A stretch of 64,000 bases of DNA from Tricharina praecox (taxonomy: Eukaryota), in contig NW_026250423.1 of the NCBI RefSeq assembly GCF_024521635.1, forward strand, positions 1-64,000, given 5' to 3'. Under the pieces are notes generated by a model, which was not told the origin of the DNA, did no database searches, and was given only the letters and a program-made list of their open reading frames with translations. A program made the position numbers and the translations under genes. Position 1 is the first letter of the stretch; the number at the start of each line of letters is the position of its first letter. Below, one piece after another: positions 52,654 through 64,000 of the stretch.

Positions 52654-53974
52654 GACGGTATTCCACAAGGTTAGTTATTTGTGGATGGTGGTGGTGGTGA
52701 TGGGGAGAAAGCTAGTCAAACATTTCCTTCCGAGTTGTAGTCTGTGTTGCTATTGCGTGCAAGTTCAGTCGGGCGTTTGTTTTTTTCTTTCTTTTTCCTT
52801 CATTCCTTCATTTTTTCTTGTTACAATGTGTCTTTTTGTATGTGTCTGGTCTGATCTGTCGGTGTGGTGACGGTGGCTTAATCGAGTAGACTCGGTCGGA
52901 TGTAATTCATGTATGTTCTCGTTCTCTCCGATGGGACTAGACCGTGTGGACCATGTGACAGCGGGGTTTATATATTGCGCATTTTAGGACCGATACCGGT
53001 ATTGCTCCTGTCGGGCCTCGACCTGGTGGGGACAACTGTGTGAGTGAGCTAGGTTCTCTGGGATTAGCATTGAGCCCGAGGGGGTTGCTTTGTCGGGGCC
53101 TGCGTATTCAAGTTGATGTCGGCCCCGGGTGGGTGACGATACGAGGGAGTTTTAACTCGGCTCCTGTGTGTGCGCAGTTGAGTATAAAAAACTCTGCGTT
53201 CTGGTCCGGGTACGTACTCATAGATAGACTTGGCATTCGGCGGATGCGAAAATTGTGGAATTTGCTGTTGACAAAGGGCTGCTGTGTTCAGTGCTGGCGA
53301 GATTATCTGTATGTCCTGTATGCTCATCGAAATTTGAAGGTCCGCCCTGATGTCTACGGCTCGCTGTGATCATATGGTTCGGCTGGTATTCCACGTGCGC
53401 GGAGACAATCGGACATGCATGCAAATGTTTAAATTTAGGTCTGGGACGCTGGAAGGTAATTGAGCCGTCGAATTATGCTGAGTTTGAAAATGCCGAGTAT
53501 GCTGCCGTGACACTGGCCGACAAGCTCCCACACAAACCCGCGGATGACAATCCGAGTTAGCGACCTGGCGTTAGTCTCACGTTCCAGAGTCCAGAGTCTA
53601 GACTGCCGCCGCCCCCGAGAGTATGGAGCCGAGCCGCAGGCTCACACTTGAGTGCGCACTAACTACTCTAGTGCTGGGTATATCAGCCCGTACTTTCTCT
53701 ACACACCCTCTACGCGTGGTAGTGCCGATAACACGTCGCCTAGGATACAAGACCCGTCACAGCGTCTGCGGGGCATTCCTGCACTCTACAACAACCTTTC
53801 TCCTACCCCCTTCCATCGACGCAACTCATAACCGCCGCCCTTCTTTCCCCCACCCTCTACCACCTCCCACCCTCCTCCACCTTTCACCACGTCTCACCCT
53901 CTTCCACCACGCATCACACTGTTGTTGCAAATGACCCCGACTGCTAACTAGAGTCCAAAAAATACCACGGCCCT

Positions 53975-56900
53975 ATGGAGACACTGCGAATACTGTTTCC
54001 TTCGGACGAGCTACAGGTCCTCCAGGGGGCCTACAGAGACGCAGACCACAATCTCGAGGCCGCTATCGGAATCCTCCTTGAGGTCAAGGCCAACATCTGG
54101 GGGCGGCAGCAGCAGCTACAACACAACGCGCGAGAGGTAGACGACTTGCATCTGCGAATGCACGCGCGGATGCAACAGGGACAGGACGAATGGTGGTGGT
54201 TGCAGAATAACGAGGAGGATCGACTGGACCTGGAGAGGCAACAATGGCAGCCACGGCCACCTCCACTAGCTGTGCGGCGGAATCGCCAGGTGGAGGTTAT
54301 AGAATTGCCTTCGACGCCTTCTAGTCCGGTTGGGCTTGATAAGGGAGAGCTGAATGCCGAAGAGATGGACTGGATAGCTCAGGATGAGAATGCGGCTGAA
54401 GCTAGAGCCGGAGCTGTGAATGGTGGTCGTCGTGGCAGTGGTAGTCGTCTACGATTGACGACCGAAGACGAATGTATCACGGGGATCCTACAAGTGCTCC
54501 CCGACGCATGTCCGAAGTCCCTCAAGAGGCTGTATCACGAGCATCACACGCTGCATCAGAACCTAATTCCATTTCTCGTCGATAAGCTTTTGGAAGAAGG
54601 ATATACTCGTGTCGAAAAAGTGGACAGATTGAGCAGGAAGAGAAAGCGAGAGGCGAATGAAAATGTGGTGGAGGAGATTTCGGAGTACGATGCTCCAGAT
54701 CGTCGGGAGGAAAGTTGGGCATACTATGATTTGACGTGAGTCTGCTCCCCCAATTTTTTCCCTGTTCGGTTTGAGATGGGTTGTTCCTTCCTCTCCCTTT
54801 CATCATCCATCATTCCTTGTGACTGGCTTGTCTGTCCCCTTTCACTCGAACTTTGCGAACAAGAAACCTTTCTGGGATACAATTCTAACCTAAAAACTAT
54901 AGACGACACATACTCCAACACGAATTTCCCTTCATTCCTGTAAAGTACATCGACCAAGTAAGACGGGTGGACGGGTTCTTGGCCAAGTGTTACCGCAGTC
55001 TCGCCGCAGCTCAGAACACAGTCGAATCAGGCATTCGTCCGCTACCTTACGTCAAGATGCTTAGACAGAGAAAACCCGCCCTCGTGGATCTCAAGTTTGG
55101 CCCTGTGTGGGCTAAGCTATCAGCCGAGCTCCAGTATGTGAAGGGGAAGGACAACAGAAAAAAAGGTATGCGCAATTCTCACTCCGGTTCGAGGTCAATG
55201 CAGCTAATCAATAGTGATAGCGAAGGAACAACTCGATGTTGATGCCAAGCTCGCTGCCCAACTCGATGAGAAGGAGCATCGAGATAGCGGCATGATGATC
55301 GAGTGCCAATGCTGTTTCGGGGAAGTGCCGTTTCCTGAGACTACCCATTGTGGCGAAGGAAGTCATTTCTTCTGTCTCGATTGCGCTCGGCGGAATGCTG
55401 AAAACGAAATTGGAATGTCCAGATGCCAGGTAGGAACACCCTTCGAGACCGCATAGGGGTGGTCACTTCTCTAACTTCAATAGTTATTTTGCATGGACGG
55501 CTCTGGGTGCAGGGCGGAATTTTCTGAATCGGAAATGTAAGTACTCCGCTCCCCAGCGATGCTACGGCAGTGCTGATGAGGAAATAGTTCGCGATTTCTC
55601 GATGAAAAGACGATCATGGCCCTTGGAAAATTGCAGATGGAAGAAGTTTTGCGTTCAGCTGACATCCAAGGACTCGTTCAATGTCCATTCTGCGACTTTG
55701 CTGCCATTTGCGCACCCATTGAGGAGGATAAGGAGTTCCGTTGCGAGAACCCAGACTGTAAGGCTTCCCTTCTTCATTCGTCTCGCTTTGTGTCGGGCTG
55801 ACCCGGTAATAGGCATGGAGATCAGCTGTAGACACTGCCAAAAGAAGTCTCACATCCCGCTTTCTTGTGCGGAGGCAGTGAAGGACGATGTGATATCCAT
55901 CCGTCACGCCGTTGAAGAAGCTATGACTGAAGCGCTGGTGAGAAAGTGCAAGTGAGTATTTCCCATAACCATCGTATTGTGGCAGTCTATGGCTAACAGA
56001 CAATTCAGTAAATGCAAGAGTCCGTTCATCAAGGAAGAGGGATGCAACAAGATGATATGTCACAAGTGCAGGAGCATGCAATGGTAATATCCCGATCCAG
56101 AGATGCATCGTTGTATATCGCTGACTCACTTTGTGTAGTTACGTTTGCTCCAAGACGATCGATTCGTACAGCCACTTTAACGACAAATCGAGAGGTGGCC
56201 AAGTGGGTAATTGTCCTTTGTTCGATAACGTCGAGGCAAGGCACGAAGACGAAGTCCAGAAAGCGGCAGAGGCAGCCAGGAAAAAGATTCGCGAGGAGCA
56301 CCCGGATCTCCAAGATGATGACCTCAATATACGGCTGTCCGACGAGGTCAAACGGCGAGAAGAGGTTCGCCTACGGCAGGCGGCCCAGCGATATCCCCCG
56401 GCCGGCAATGTTCCTCCCGCTCCTCCCGCTCCTCCCGCTCCTCCCGCTCTTCAAGACCGCCTTCACGCGTACGGAATCCGAGAAGCTCTCCGTCGGGATC
56501 AGGAAGCTCTCCGTCAGAATCAGGAAGCTATGGTTCACGGACCAGGTCCCGTCCGCGCACCGGGTCCCGTCAACGCACCAGGTCCCGTCAACGCACCAGG
56601 TCCCGTCAACGCACCAGGTCCCGTCAACGCACCAGGTCCCGTCAACGCACCAGGTCCCGTCAACGCACCAGGTCCCGTCAACGCACCAGGTCCCGTCAAC
56701 GCACCAGGTCCCGTCAACGCACCAGGTCCCGTCAACGCACCAGGTCCCTTTGACGTACTAGATCGCGTCCAGATGATGCGAGGGCATTTCCCCGTACGCC
56801 AGGTTGCAAATATGTTTGACAACCTAGCTGGGCATCCGCATGCCGTCGATTTGATCCGCAGGTTGGCACCACCTCCACAAGCTCGGGGACACCAGTTTGC

Positions 56901-57177
56901 TCTTGTAAATCATCCCGTACCACTGCCTAGGGGACATCCTTTTGCTGCTGTAATAAATCATCCCGTACCACTGCCTGGAGCTAGGGCACACCCTTTTAAT
57001 GCACAGAATGCACCACCGAACAACGCCCAACTATACGCCCAGTATTATTATGAGGCAATTGCACTGGGCTTGGACCCACCCGGTGCGCCACAACCACGTG
57101 CTGCCCCTGCTGCGCCTCAACCTCAAGGTGGCCTCCCACACGGTCTTCTTCAGCAGCAGAATCGCCATCACGGATGA
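53975..57177 (+). CDS. RBR (RING-IBR-RING) E3 ubiquitin ligase, RNF216/TRIAD3-like, with N-terminal CUE-like domain; ~8 exons
   Basis: CUE-like LRILFPS...HNLEAAIGILLE; ILQHEFPFIPVKYID; RING1 CQCCF...HFFCLDC; IBR CPFCDFA...FRCENPD|C...CRHC...H; RING2 FIKEEGCNKMICHKC...CYVC; CPLFD. Confidence 0.9.
56542..56748 (+). repeat. Coding 18-bp minisatellite (ccaggtcccgtcaacgca), 11.5 units encoding (PGPVNA)n
   Basis: Unit starts run from 56542 to 56740 (198 bp = 11 x 18). Only the first two units carry substitutions. Confidence 0.97.
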
Positions 57178-57575
57178 TGAACCGACTCCGCCGTGGAATA
57201 GCATCATTTCGGGTGTTTCTTTTTTTCCTTCTTCCGTACCTTCTTCCGTGCCTTTTTCCTTACCCTTTTTCCTTACCTTTTTCATCGGCATTTACATCAG
57301 TGGGTTTGGGGGCGTGGCAAAGGTTTCGGGGTTTGAATTCAATACGGTGTACTGGGCTGGGCGTTGGATGTGCCGGTTTCTTTTCTTTTCTTTCTTCCCG
57401 AGCGGGCCGATCTCGTCGAGTTTTCGGTCGGAATCCGGATGGGTTGTTTTGTGCGGCTATGTCATTTTCCTTTTCCTTTTTCTTGTGTTTCTTCTGCTAC
57501 CTCTGCTTGCTCGCTTTTTTTGCTGAGTACCAACAGTTAGTACCCCTCATGCATTTTTAATCATTGTGGTATCTT

Positions 57576-57639
57576 ACGCTACTTTTACGGTTTTACGGTT
57601 TTACCTCACGCTACTTTTACGGTTTTACGGTTTTACCTC
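57576..57639. repeat. 32-bp exact tandem duplication with internal ttttacgg repeats
   Basis: acgctacttttacggttttacggttttacctc at 57576 and again at 57608. Confidence 0.9.
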
Positions 57640-57842
57640 TAGATAATTTATCGGTGTGCTGTCGGCTGGAGATCAATTGAAATGCGAATTGGCGATTGGA
57701 TGAGATGAGAAGAGAAGAGAAGAGAGATTCTTACGTGTGAACACTAAATACATACATCGTTCGCTGAGCATGGTCATGGTGCGACTACGCAGGTAAACTA
57801 TGTACTCGTAGTTACTCTGCAGTGAGGCAGAATTATGACTCT

Positions 57843-57889
57843 CCAAGAGTCCCAAGAGTCCAGGAGTCCAGGAGTCCAGGAGTCCAGGA
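57843..57889. repeat. 9-bp repeat (ccaRgagt.)5
   Basis: ccaagagtcccaagagtccaggagtccaggagtccaggagtccagga; unit length is 8-9 bp. Confidence 0.8.
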
Positions 57890-59859
57890 GGCTCGAACAC
57901 CGTGGCATGGCATGGGCTGGCCAGAATTGGAGAAATGGGGCGATTCGATTGGACAATTTGCATGGGGATTCCCCGGAGAATTGTATTCGTGGATACCATA
58001 CTCTACTTTGTATATACGAGTACTTGGGCTCGCTGTCTACAACTCTCGGACTCTACAAACTGCGACTCAAGAGTACATACGCTATATATAGGCGCGTGTA
58101 CCCTCTCTTCTTGGGCGGCCTGAGAGTCTGAGACTTTGCATTCTTGGGGAGTGGGCACTGGGGGACTCAGTGGGGAGTGGGACACTGGGAAGGAGTGGCA
58201 AGTGGTGGCTGTGGCTGTAAGGATATTTGCGGAAGATAGAGTAGAGTAGAGAGCCATAGCCCGGTAGGTGTACGTACTTTCGACGGCACAGTCCGTCTCA
58301 CTATCATAGGCAGAGTAGGGTAGGTAGGAAGGTATCTAAAGATTAACTGCGGTATGCTCACGGCCACGCTTCACCCGCCCGCTGCCACGCTTCACTTTAC
58401 TTCTCTCCGCTCCAGTCTCGACTCTCTCCCTCGTGTCCTTCCTTCCCCTGGCCCCCACCCCTCGCTTTCACTTTTGATTCGGTGGATGCGATTTGCGTAG
58501 GGATAGACGACAGGAGGAGGAGGTCATAGCAGGTGATGATGGTGGTGGTGGGTGTAATTTTTATTTTATTTTATTTGGGGGAGAGGGGGGAGGGGGGTCG
58601 TTTGTGGTTGTGTGCGGTACATTAAATTCCTGGGGTAGAGACGGTCAGTTGTATCCAGCGAACGACGAGGGCCAATGGGTTCTGGGACTCTGGGTGGTCT
58701 GAATGGTCTGGGCTGGGTGGTCTGCGTGGTCAGAGGTCTGCGTCGTCTGGTCTGGTTTGTGCTGGCGTTGCGGGTCGGGGTTCGGGTCTGCGTCAAACAA
58801 GATTCTTCGCCGGCGCAGGGTGATTCGCTCGGTACGGGTGGTACGGCTGGTACGGGTGAGTGCGGGCTGGCTGGCTCAGCGAGGGTTTGGTTGCTGGTTG
58901 CTGGTTGCTGGTTGCTGGTTGCTGTGTGTGCTACATAGAGCAACACTACTCACAGTCTCGCGCTGCATAATTGCTTGCTACTCTACTCTGGAGTCTGCAT
59001 GGAAGTGGGAAGTCCTGACACGCCTGGCCTGGGCCTTCTATTTCCTCTCGCTTTTCAATTCCACCTGGCGGGTTGGCTGGCTGCCTCGCTGGCTGGCTGA
59101 ACTGATCGAAGATTCAAAGGAACACCGGAGGGAATAATAGCATATCCGTGGAATCTTTCGTTTCTTCTTTTCTGCACCACACAAAGGCGAAACAGCATCC
59201 AAGGGCAACTCCTCCTCCCCCTCTCCACCAGTGACCGCCACCGCCAGACCCCCCCACTGCCGCCCCAATTCCGTCACTATCAAACTTCCCACACTCATAT
59301 TCAAAACCCTCCAACCAACCGACCAACCTCCGTCATCCTGGGACCACCACCACATCCTCCACCACCACCACCAATTACCACCAACTTCTCCGCCACCTCC
59401 CTCCTCCTCCTCCTCTTCCAACTACCCTCTACCACGACGAACCAGCCCAGCCAAAACTACTCACATTCCAGTGCACGGATATACTTCCCCCCGCCGCTGC
59501 CACTGAACTTGCACATGACTGGCGTTTGGTCCCTTGCTGCTACTACCGCCGTGACCTCAGCCAATACCGTCCGACCGCGTTTTCGTCTATCTCATGCTTC
59601 CACGCCCGTTCTCTCCACCACGTCAACAGCGGTATCGCATCGACACACGTCCATCGACTAATCCGAGCAACCCTTCCCACACCACGCAAACCTAAACTCA
59701 ACTTCCTCCCTCCTTCCTCTTCCCGCTACATACATCATACATCAACACTACCTACCTAACTCCCCCTCCCTAAAAAAAACAAACAAAAACAAAACCTCCT
59801 TCAACATTCCGCGTGCGCACTTAGATCCATCCTGGTGGAAACGTTAGAAAGATAGCAAT

Positions 59860-62301
59860 ATGGCGATTTGGCCCTTCAACAAGCGTCGGAAGCGGTCCAC
59901 CGCCGAAGGAAAGAGGCCTGCTACGACGATTGCTACCGCTACTACCACTACTATATCAACTACTACCGACAGCTCGGGAGGCCGACGGAAAACTTGGCTC
60001 TCGCGGAATCCATCGAAGCGGAGTAGGATCTCGGCCCAACGGGGCAATCCCCTCGACACCATCACATACGAGTCGCCCAGTGCCCGCGATTTGGCGCTCG
60101 CAGGAATTGACGATGATGTCGTGGCAGCGGACCGCGAATACTTCCCTCGGAACCCGCGCGGCGGCTTCCTATCACACCTTACCGAACGCAATCAATCTGC
60201 CATGAGCGACTCCACCGGCTCGTCGCATCGACCGCACAAGCAATCCAGTTTCGTTCGCAGGCTCAGCCGGCGAAGACAGGGAAAGGCCAAGGCACAACCG
60301 CCCTCCGCGTACCTTAGCCGACATAGCTCAAAGAGCAATCGAAACCGCCCACTATCATCCAGCTCGACCGTACCACGCACCTCAATGGACTCGCAAATCT
60401 CTTCGAGAGCTTACAAATTAAGGAAGCTCGATGTGTTTTCTCCCCACCCCACACTCCACTACGACGACGGCGGGTCGCCGACGTCGAACCTATCGAGCGA
60501 TTTCGGTTGTCCCGGATTGGCGCCTAGTCGGTCCAATTCTCGCCGGACTAATTCACGGACCGCACAGACATGGCGCTATAAAGGGCCGTCGATATACGAG
60601 GATGATCGTCATGCGCGCGTGGACGATCTCGTCGACGAACTCGACGCCAAAGGATTGAGGGAGGCTATGGAGCGGGATCAGAGGCGGCGCTACAGGAAGA
60701 AGGTGGAATATGAAGAGCGACTACGAATGAAGCTGGAAAAGAAGTCGACACCCCACAGGGATGTGGAGAGGGGTGGTGCAAGCCGTGAGATGGATCAGGA
60801 TATCGACGAACGGCATGGTCGCGACTATCGGACACCCGACGCATCTGCCTCGCCGGTCTCCAACAGGCAAGGGACACCGTTGTCGTGGTTCAACGCGGAT
60901 CCATCGACCGAGGATATGGGCAACGGATTGGAGCAGCAATATTCACCTAGACTGGACGTCGTGACACCGGTTTCGATGCAGTCCAGAGAGTTTCACAATC
61001 AGTCGCCGCAACCTCAGCTGCAGGTGGAGAAGGCTCTGCCAGCGGCCGTGATCGACGAGGCTCCATCTGGACGGACCAAAACTTCGGCATGGACATCCTT
61101 CATTAAGCGTGCTACAGCCGCTCGGATAAAGAAGGAGCGGTCTACCCGTAGCCCGGAGGTGGAACAACAACAACAGCCACAGCCACAACAACAGCAACCG
61201 CCCGTGGTATCTGATTTCGAGGGGGAGGAAGAAGAAGAGGAGGAGGAGGATGACGGGTATACGACAAAGCGGACCGAGCCGCCTCCGAGAATCTTCTTGG
61301 ACATGGAGGATCTCCGGCAGCGGCAGGGACAAACGCCCGGCCGTCACATTCCGAAAGAGATTGCTCTCGCGATGACTGCCGTGGAGACTGGACATATTCA
61401 GAATAAGGGCTACCCGGACAACGGCTACCCGGGCAACGGCTACCCGGGCAACAACGACGACTACGAGGATGAGATGCGTGACGCTGTACTGTCAACGCCT
61501 CAGATCGCACCGTACAATCACCACAACGGAAGCCAGGCCAGCTCGAGGAGCTCGCTGGCACCGCACGGTCTCGGCTTACGCGGTGGAAACAAGAGTCACT
61601 CGCCAGTACTGGGCGAAGAAACAAAGGACTCGCCAACAATACCAGCATACCATTCGAGACCGCCTTCAGCTCAGAGATACTCGCCATCCTTCCACAGGTC
61701 CAATGGTGGCTCACCGGAAAATGGCGGGCCCCGCTCGATCATGTCGACCTCCCTCGCATCGATAGATTCCGAGGGAAGCTGGCTCTCGGGAAAACTCGGT
61801 CCGCGGACGTCGGTACAGCAACTCAGTCCCCTCCGGACCAGCGCTTCGTCCCTACGGAAGCGGTACCAGGAGCTCGACGGCGACGACGTGGTCATGGATG
61901 ACGACGGCTACTTCACCGGCGTTGCCAAGGGTGCCAAAGAACCGAGGGAAGACGACGATGAAGAGGTGGGCGGCGCAGTGTTGGACCTGGAAGACAGCGA
62001 CGATAGCGCCTCAATAAACAGCGAAGACGAACGGAACATGTGGCGAGAAGGCGGCAAGAAGCGGGTACAAGTGCAAAGCCCGTTCCGCGGCCTACGGCGA
62101 GAGGGGACGATATACATCGAGGAGGGCGAATCGCCCAAAGATGAAACGATGCCGATGGATACACCGGGCGAAAACGACGCGTTCTCTACACCGCTGGAAC
62201 ACCCGCTCTTCAGGAGAGAGCAGTCGTCGAAGTCGGTCTATCAAACGCCAATGGAACACCCGGTGCGACGCGGATCGTATTTCGGCCCGTCGGCACGATG
62301 A
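59860..62301 (+). CDS. Uncharacterised 813-aa, largely disordered Ser/Arg-rich protein; intronless
   Basis: Long uninterrupted ORF. Islands of ordered-looking sequence: MAIWPF.KRRKR, DVFSPHPTLHY, RVDDLVDELDAKGLREAMERDQRRR, STSLASIDSEGSWLSGK. Confidence 0.8.
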   Translation: MAIWPFNKRRKRSTAEGKRPATTIATATTTTISTTTDSSGGRRKTWLSRNPSKRSRISAQRGNPLDTITYESPSARDLALAGIDDDVVAADREYFPRNPRGGFLSHLTERNQSAMSDSTGSSHRPHKQSSFVRRLSRRRQGKAKAQPPSAYLSRHSSKSNRNRPLSSSSTVPRTSMDSQISSRAYKLRKLDVFSPHPTLHYDDGGSPTSNLSSDFGCPGLAPSRSNSRRTNSRTAQTWRYKGPSIYEDDRHARVDDLVDELDAKGLREAMERDQRRRYRKKVEYEERLRMKLEKKSTPHRDVERGGASREMDQDIDERHGRDYRTPDASASPVSNRQGTPLSWFNADPSTEDMGNGLEQQYSPRLDVVTPVSMQSREFHNQSPQPQLQVEKALPAAVIDEAPSGRTKTSAWTSFIKRATAARIKKERSTRSPEVEQQQQPQPQQQQPPVVSDFEGEEEEEEEEDDGYTTKRTEPPPRIFLDMEDLRQRQGQTPGRHIPKEIALAMTAVETGHIQNKGYPDNGYPGNGYPGNNDDYEDEMRDAVLSTPQIAPYNHHNGSQASSRSSLAPHGLGLRGGNKSHSPVLGEETKDSPTIPAYHSRPPSAQRYSPSFHRSNGGSPENGGPRSIMSTSLASIDSEGSWLSGKLGPRTSVQQLSPLRTSASSLRKRYQELDGDDVVMDDDGYFTGVAKGAKEPREDDDEEVGGAVLDLEDSDDSASINSEDERNMWREGGKKRVQVQSPFRGLRREGTIYIEEGESPKDETMPMDTPGENDAFSTPLEHPLFRREQSSKSVYQTPMEHPVRRGSYFGPSAR

Positions 62302-63678
62302 TGAAGAGATAACACATTCATTTAACATTTTCCTATGTACTCTACACCCCCGACACTCCTTACTATTTTTCTATGTCTATGATCGAGGTTCGAGATTCGA
62401 AGAAGAAGAAGAAGAAGAAGATATAATCAATCAATCAATCAGTATGCTCCTGTGTGTTCTCGTGTGTTTGTGTGTGTGTGTGTGTTGGCATTATTATATA
62501 CCCCCTTTTTTTTTGTGTTGCTTCCATTTGCTTCTGCGTGTGTGTGTGTGAAAGTGTCGTCTGTCCATGTATACCGATTCTTTCTGTTTATTTACTATGT
62601 GGTGTGGGGTGGGGTGTGTGAGGTGTTGACACTCTTTAAAGAAAGAATGTTTTTCATTTGTTATAAACCACTTGCATGAATGATATCTCTGTTTGCTGTT
62701 TGCTCTGTTTGTTTGTTTGTTCGGGAGGCGGGATTGCGATTGGGATGCGGGACTGGGAGGCACAGTGTGTATATATGCGGGAGTTTCGTGGTGGGTTTCT
62801 TTTTCTTTTCTTTCTTTCTTTCTTTGCAGTGACTATAACTAGTAGGTTAGCGAAGGGTGTAGTGGGGTCAATGATGATGGTTTTGAAATACATGTGTTGG
62901 CCCGTACCGTGCGTGAATGAATGTGTGAGGATGTGTGAGGATGTGTGATGCGTGATAGGTTCTTGGGTGCGATCACTGTACCAGACATTGCCAGTTCCTG
63001 GAGGCTGATATTGGTCTTGACTCGCGAGTGAGACGTCGTAGTGTGCGGTAATGATTGCGACCTGACGATCCCATCCACGACGATCTCCCCCACCAGCCGA
63101 CAGCCGACAGCTTGGAATTGGACGCTTCCTGCGCGATGGCTTCGGTGGCTTCGGTTAGCAGCACGTTACGGAGCGGGAGCTGTAGTGAGACTGTGGTGGA
63201 TCAGGCAAGTGGGTAAGTTGAGTGGGTGTCTGACTGACTGCTTGAGGACTTGGAGGAGGTTGGATGGGCAGCTCTGGCGGCGTGGATATCCAGCACTGGC
63301 TTTGGAGCTCCTGCTCCTGCCGCTGTTCCTCCGTGCCGAGAGCCCTCGGAACACCACATTAGGACACAGCGTTCGGGCCGAGTTGAGCCATCGCGAACTT
63401 GCACACGACATTCACTCAGCCCTCAGCCCTCAGCATTCAGCGACGATGATGATGATGAAGCCGTAGGAATCGTTCGTTCGTTCGTTACACGCACGGAAAC
63501 GGACACGGACGTAAGAAGAAAGTAAGTACAGTACAACTCCCAACCATCCATCGATTCGTTCATTCAATCATCAGACGGTCGCACGCTTCCACCCATTCCA
63601 CCCACATCCTCCCATCCACCCATCGAGTAGTTGAACAGTTGAACAGTATAGTTGGTCCGGGTGTCCCGCTCGCTCCGT

Positions 63679-64000
63679 CTATGCGCAGTACTTATCGAGG
63701 GCAGCCTGCGGTCGATATCATCAGCACCGCACGCCATCCTCACCCCCTCCAACCCACCCCACCTCCATCCTATCCCCGACTGAAAAGGAAGAACATACCT
63801 TCAAAGCACTAGGATTAGCGCCAACAACCTCGGAGACCTTCTTGCCGTCCTTGAAGAACAGGAAGGTAGGCATGGCGCGGACCTCGAGCTCAGCGGCGAT
63901 CTGCTGGTGCTCGTCGACGTCGAGCTTGTAGAAGCTGGCCTTCTCCGCGTAGTCGTTCGAGAACGCATCCACCTTGGGCGCGATCACCCTACACGGACCT
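63679..64000 (-). CDS. Thioredoxin, 3' part; 5' end lies beyond the window
   Basis: [10 protein letters not shown]...FYKLDVDE...[40 protein letters not shown]. The intron starts gtatgt and ends gctgat...cag. Confidence 0.92.

Noticed and set aside
56542..56748. Regular repeat array as a possible CRISPR
   Set aside because: Contiguous units with no spacers, in-frame inside a eukaryotic exon, and no cas genes.

Overview
This is intron-rich genomic DNA from a filamentous ascomycete. Short GT-AG introns with CTRAC branch points and the protein sequences point to Pezizomycotina, possibly Pezizomycetes, which is an inference. It is a gene-dense housekeeping region with about 26 protein-coding genes. 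Recognisable genes are importin-9 (partial), ALG3, eIF1AD-like, Pol delta subunit 4, TMEM42-like, HUB1, CLP1, PPG1-type phosphatase, AP-3 beta, UDP-glucose dehydrogenase, FabG-like SDR, UBA2, queuosine-salvage hydrolase, cyclin C, SAL1-type carrier, SYN8, a RING/TRAF protein, PKC1, an RBR E3 ligase and thioredoxin (partial). A CCHC/Gln-rich protein and four other uncharacterised genes are also present, along with microsatellite-rich intergenic stretches. I found no tRNA, rRNA, CRISPR array, intact transposon or secondary-metabolite cluster, and I cannot support a wholly new multi-gene system here. The best leads are gene-level: an obligatory GC-AG intron in UBA2, a 231-nt stop-free in-frame intron in the SAL1-type carrier, a Hub1 lacking His63, a Clp1 with mixed kinase motifs, a perfect coding minisatellite in the RBR ligase, and small uncharacterised genes. 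All gene models were built by eye and no database searches were run.
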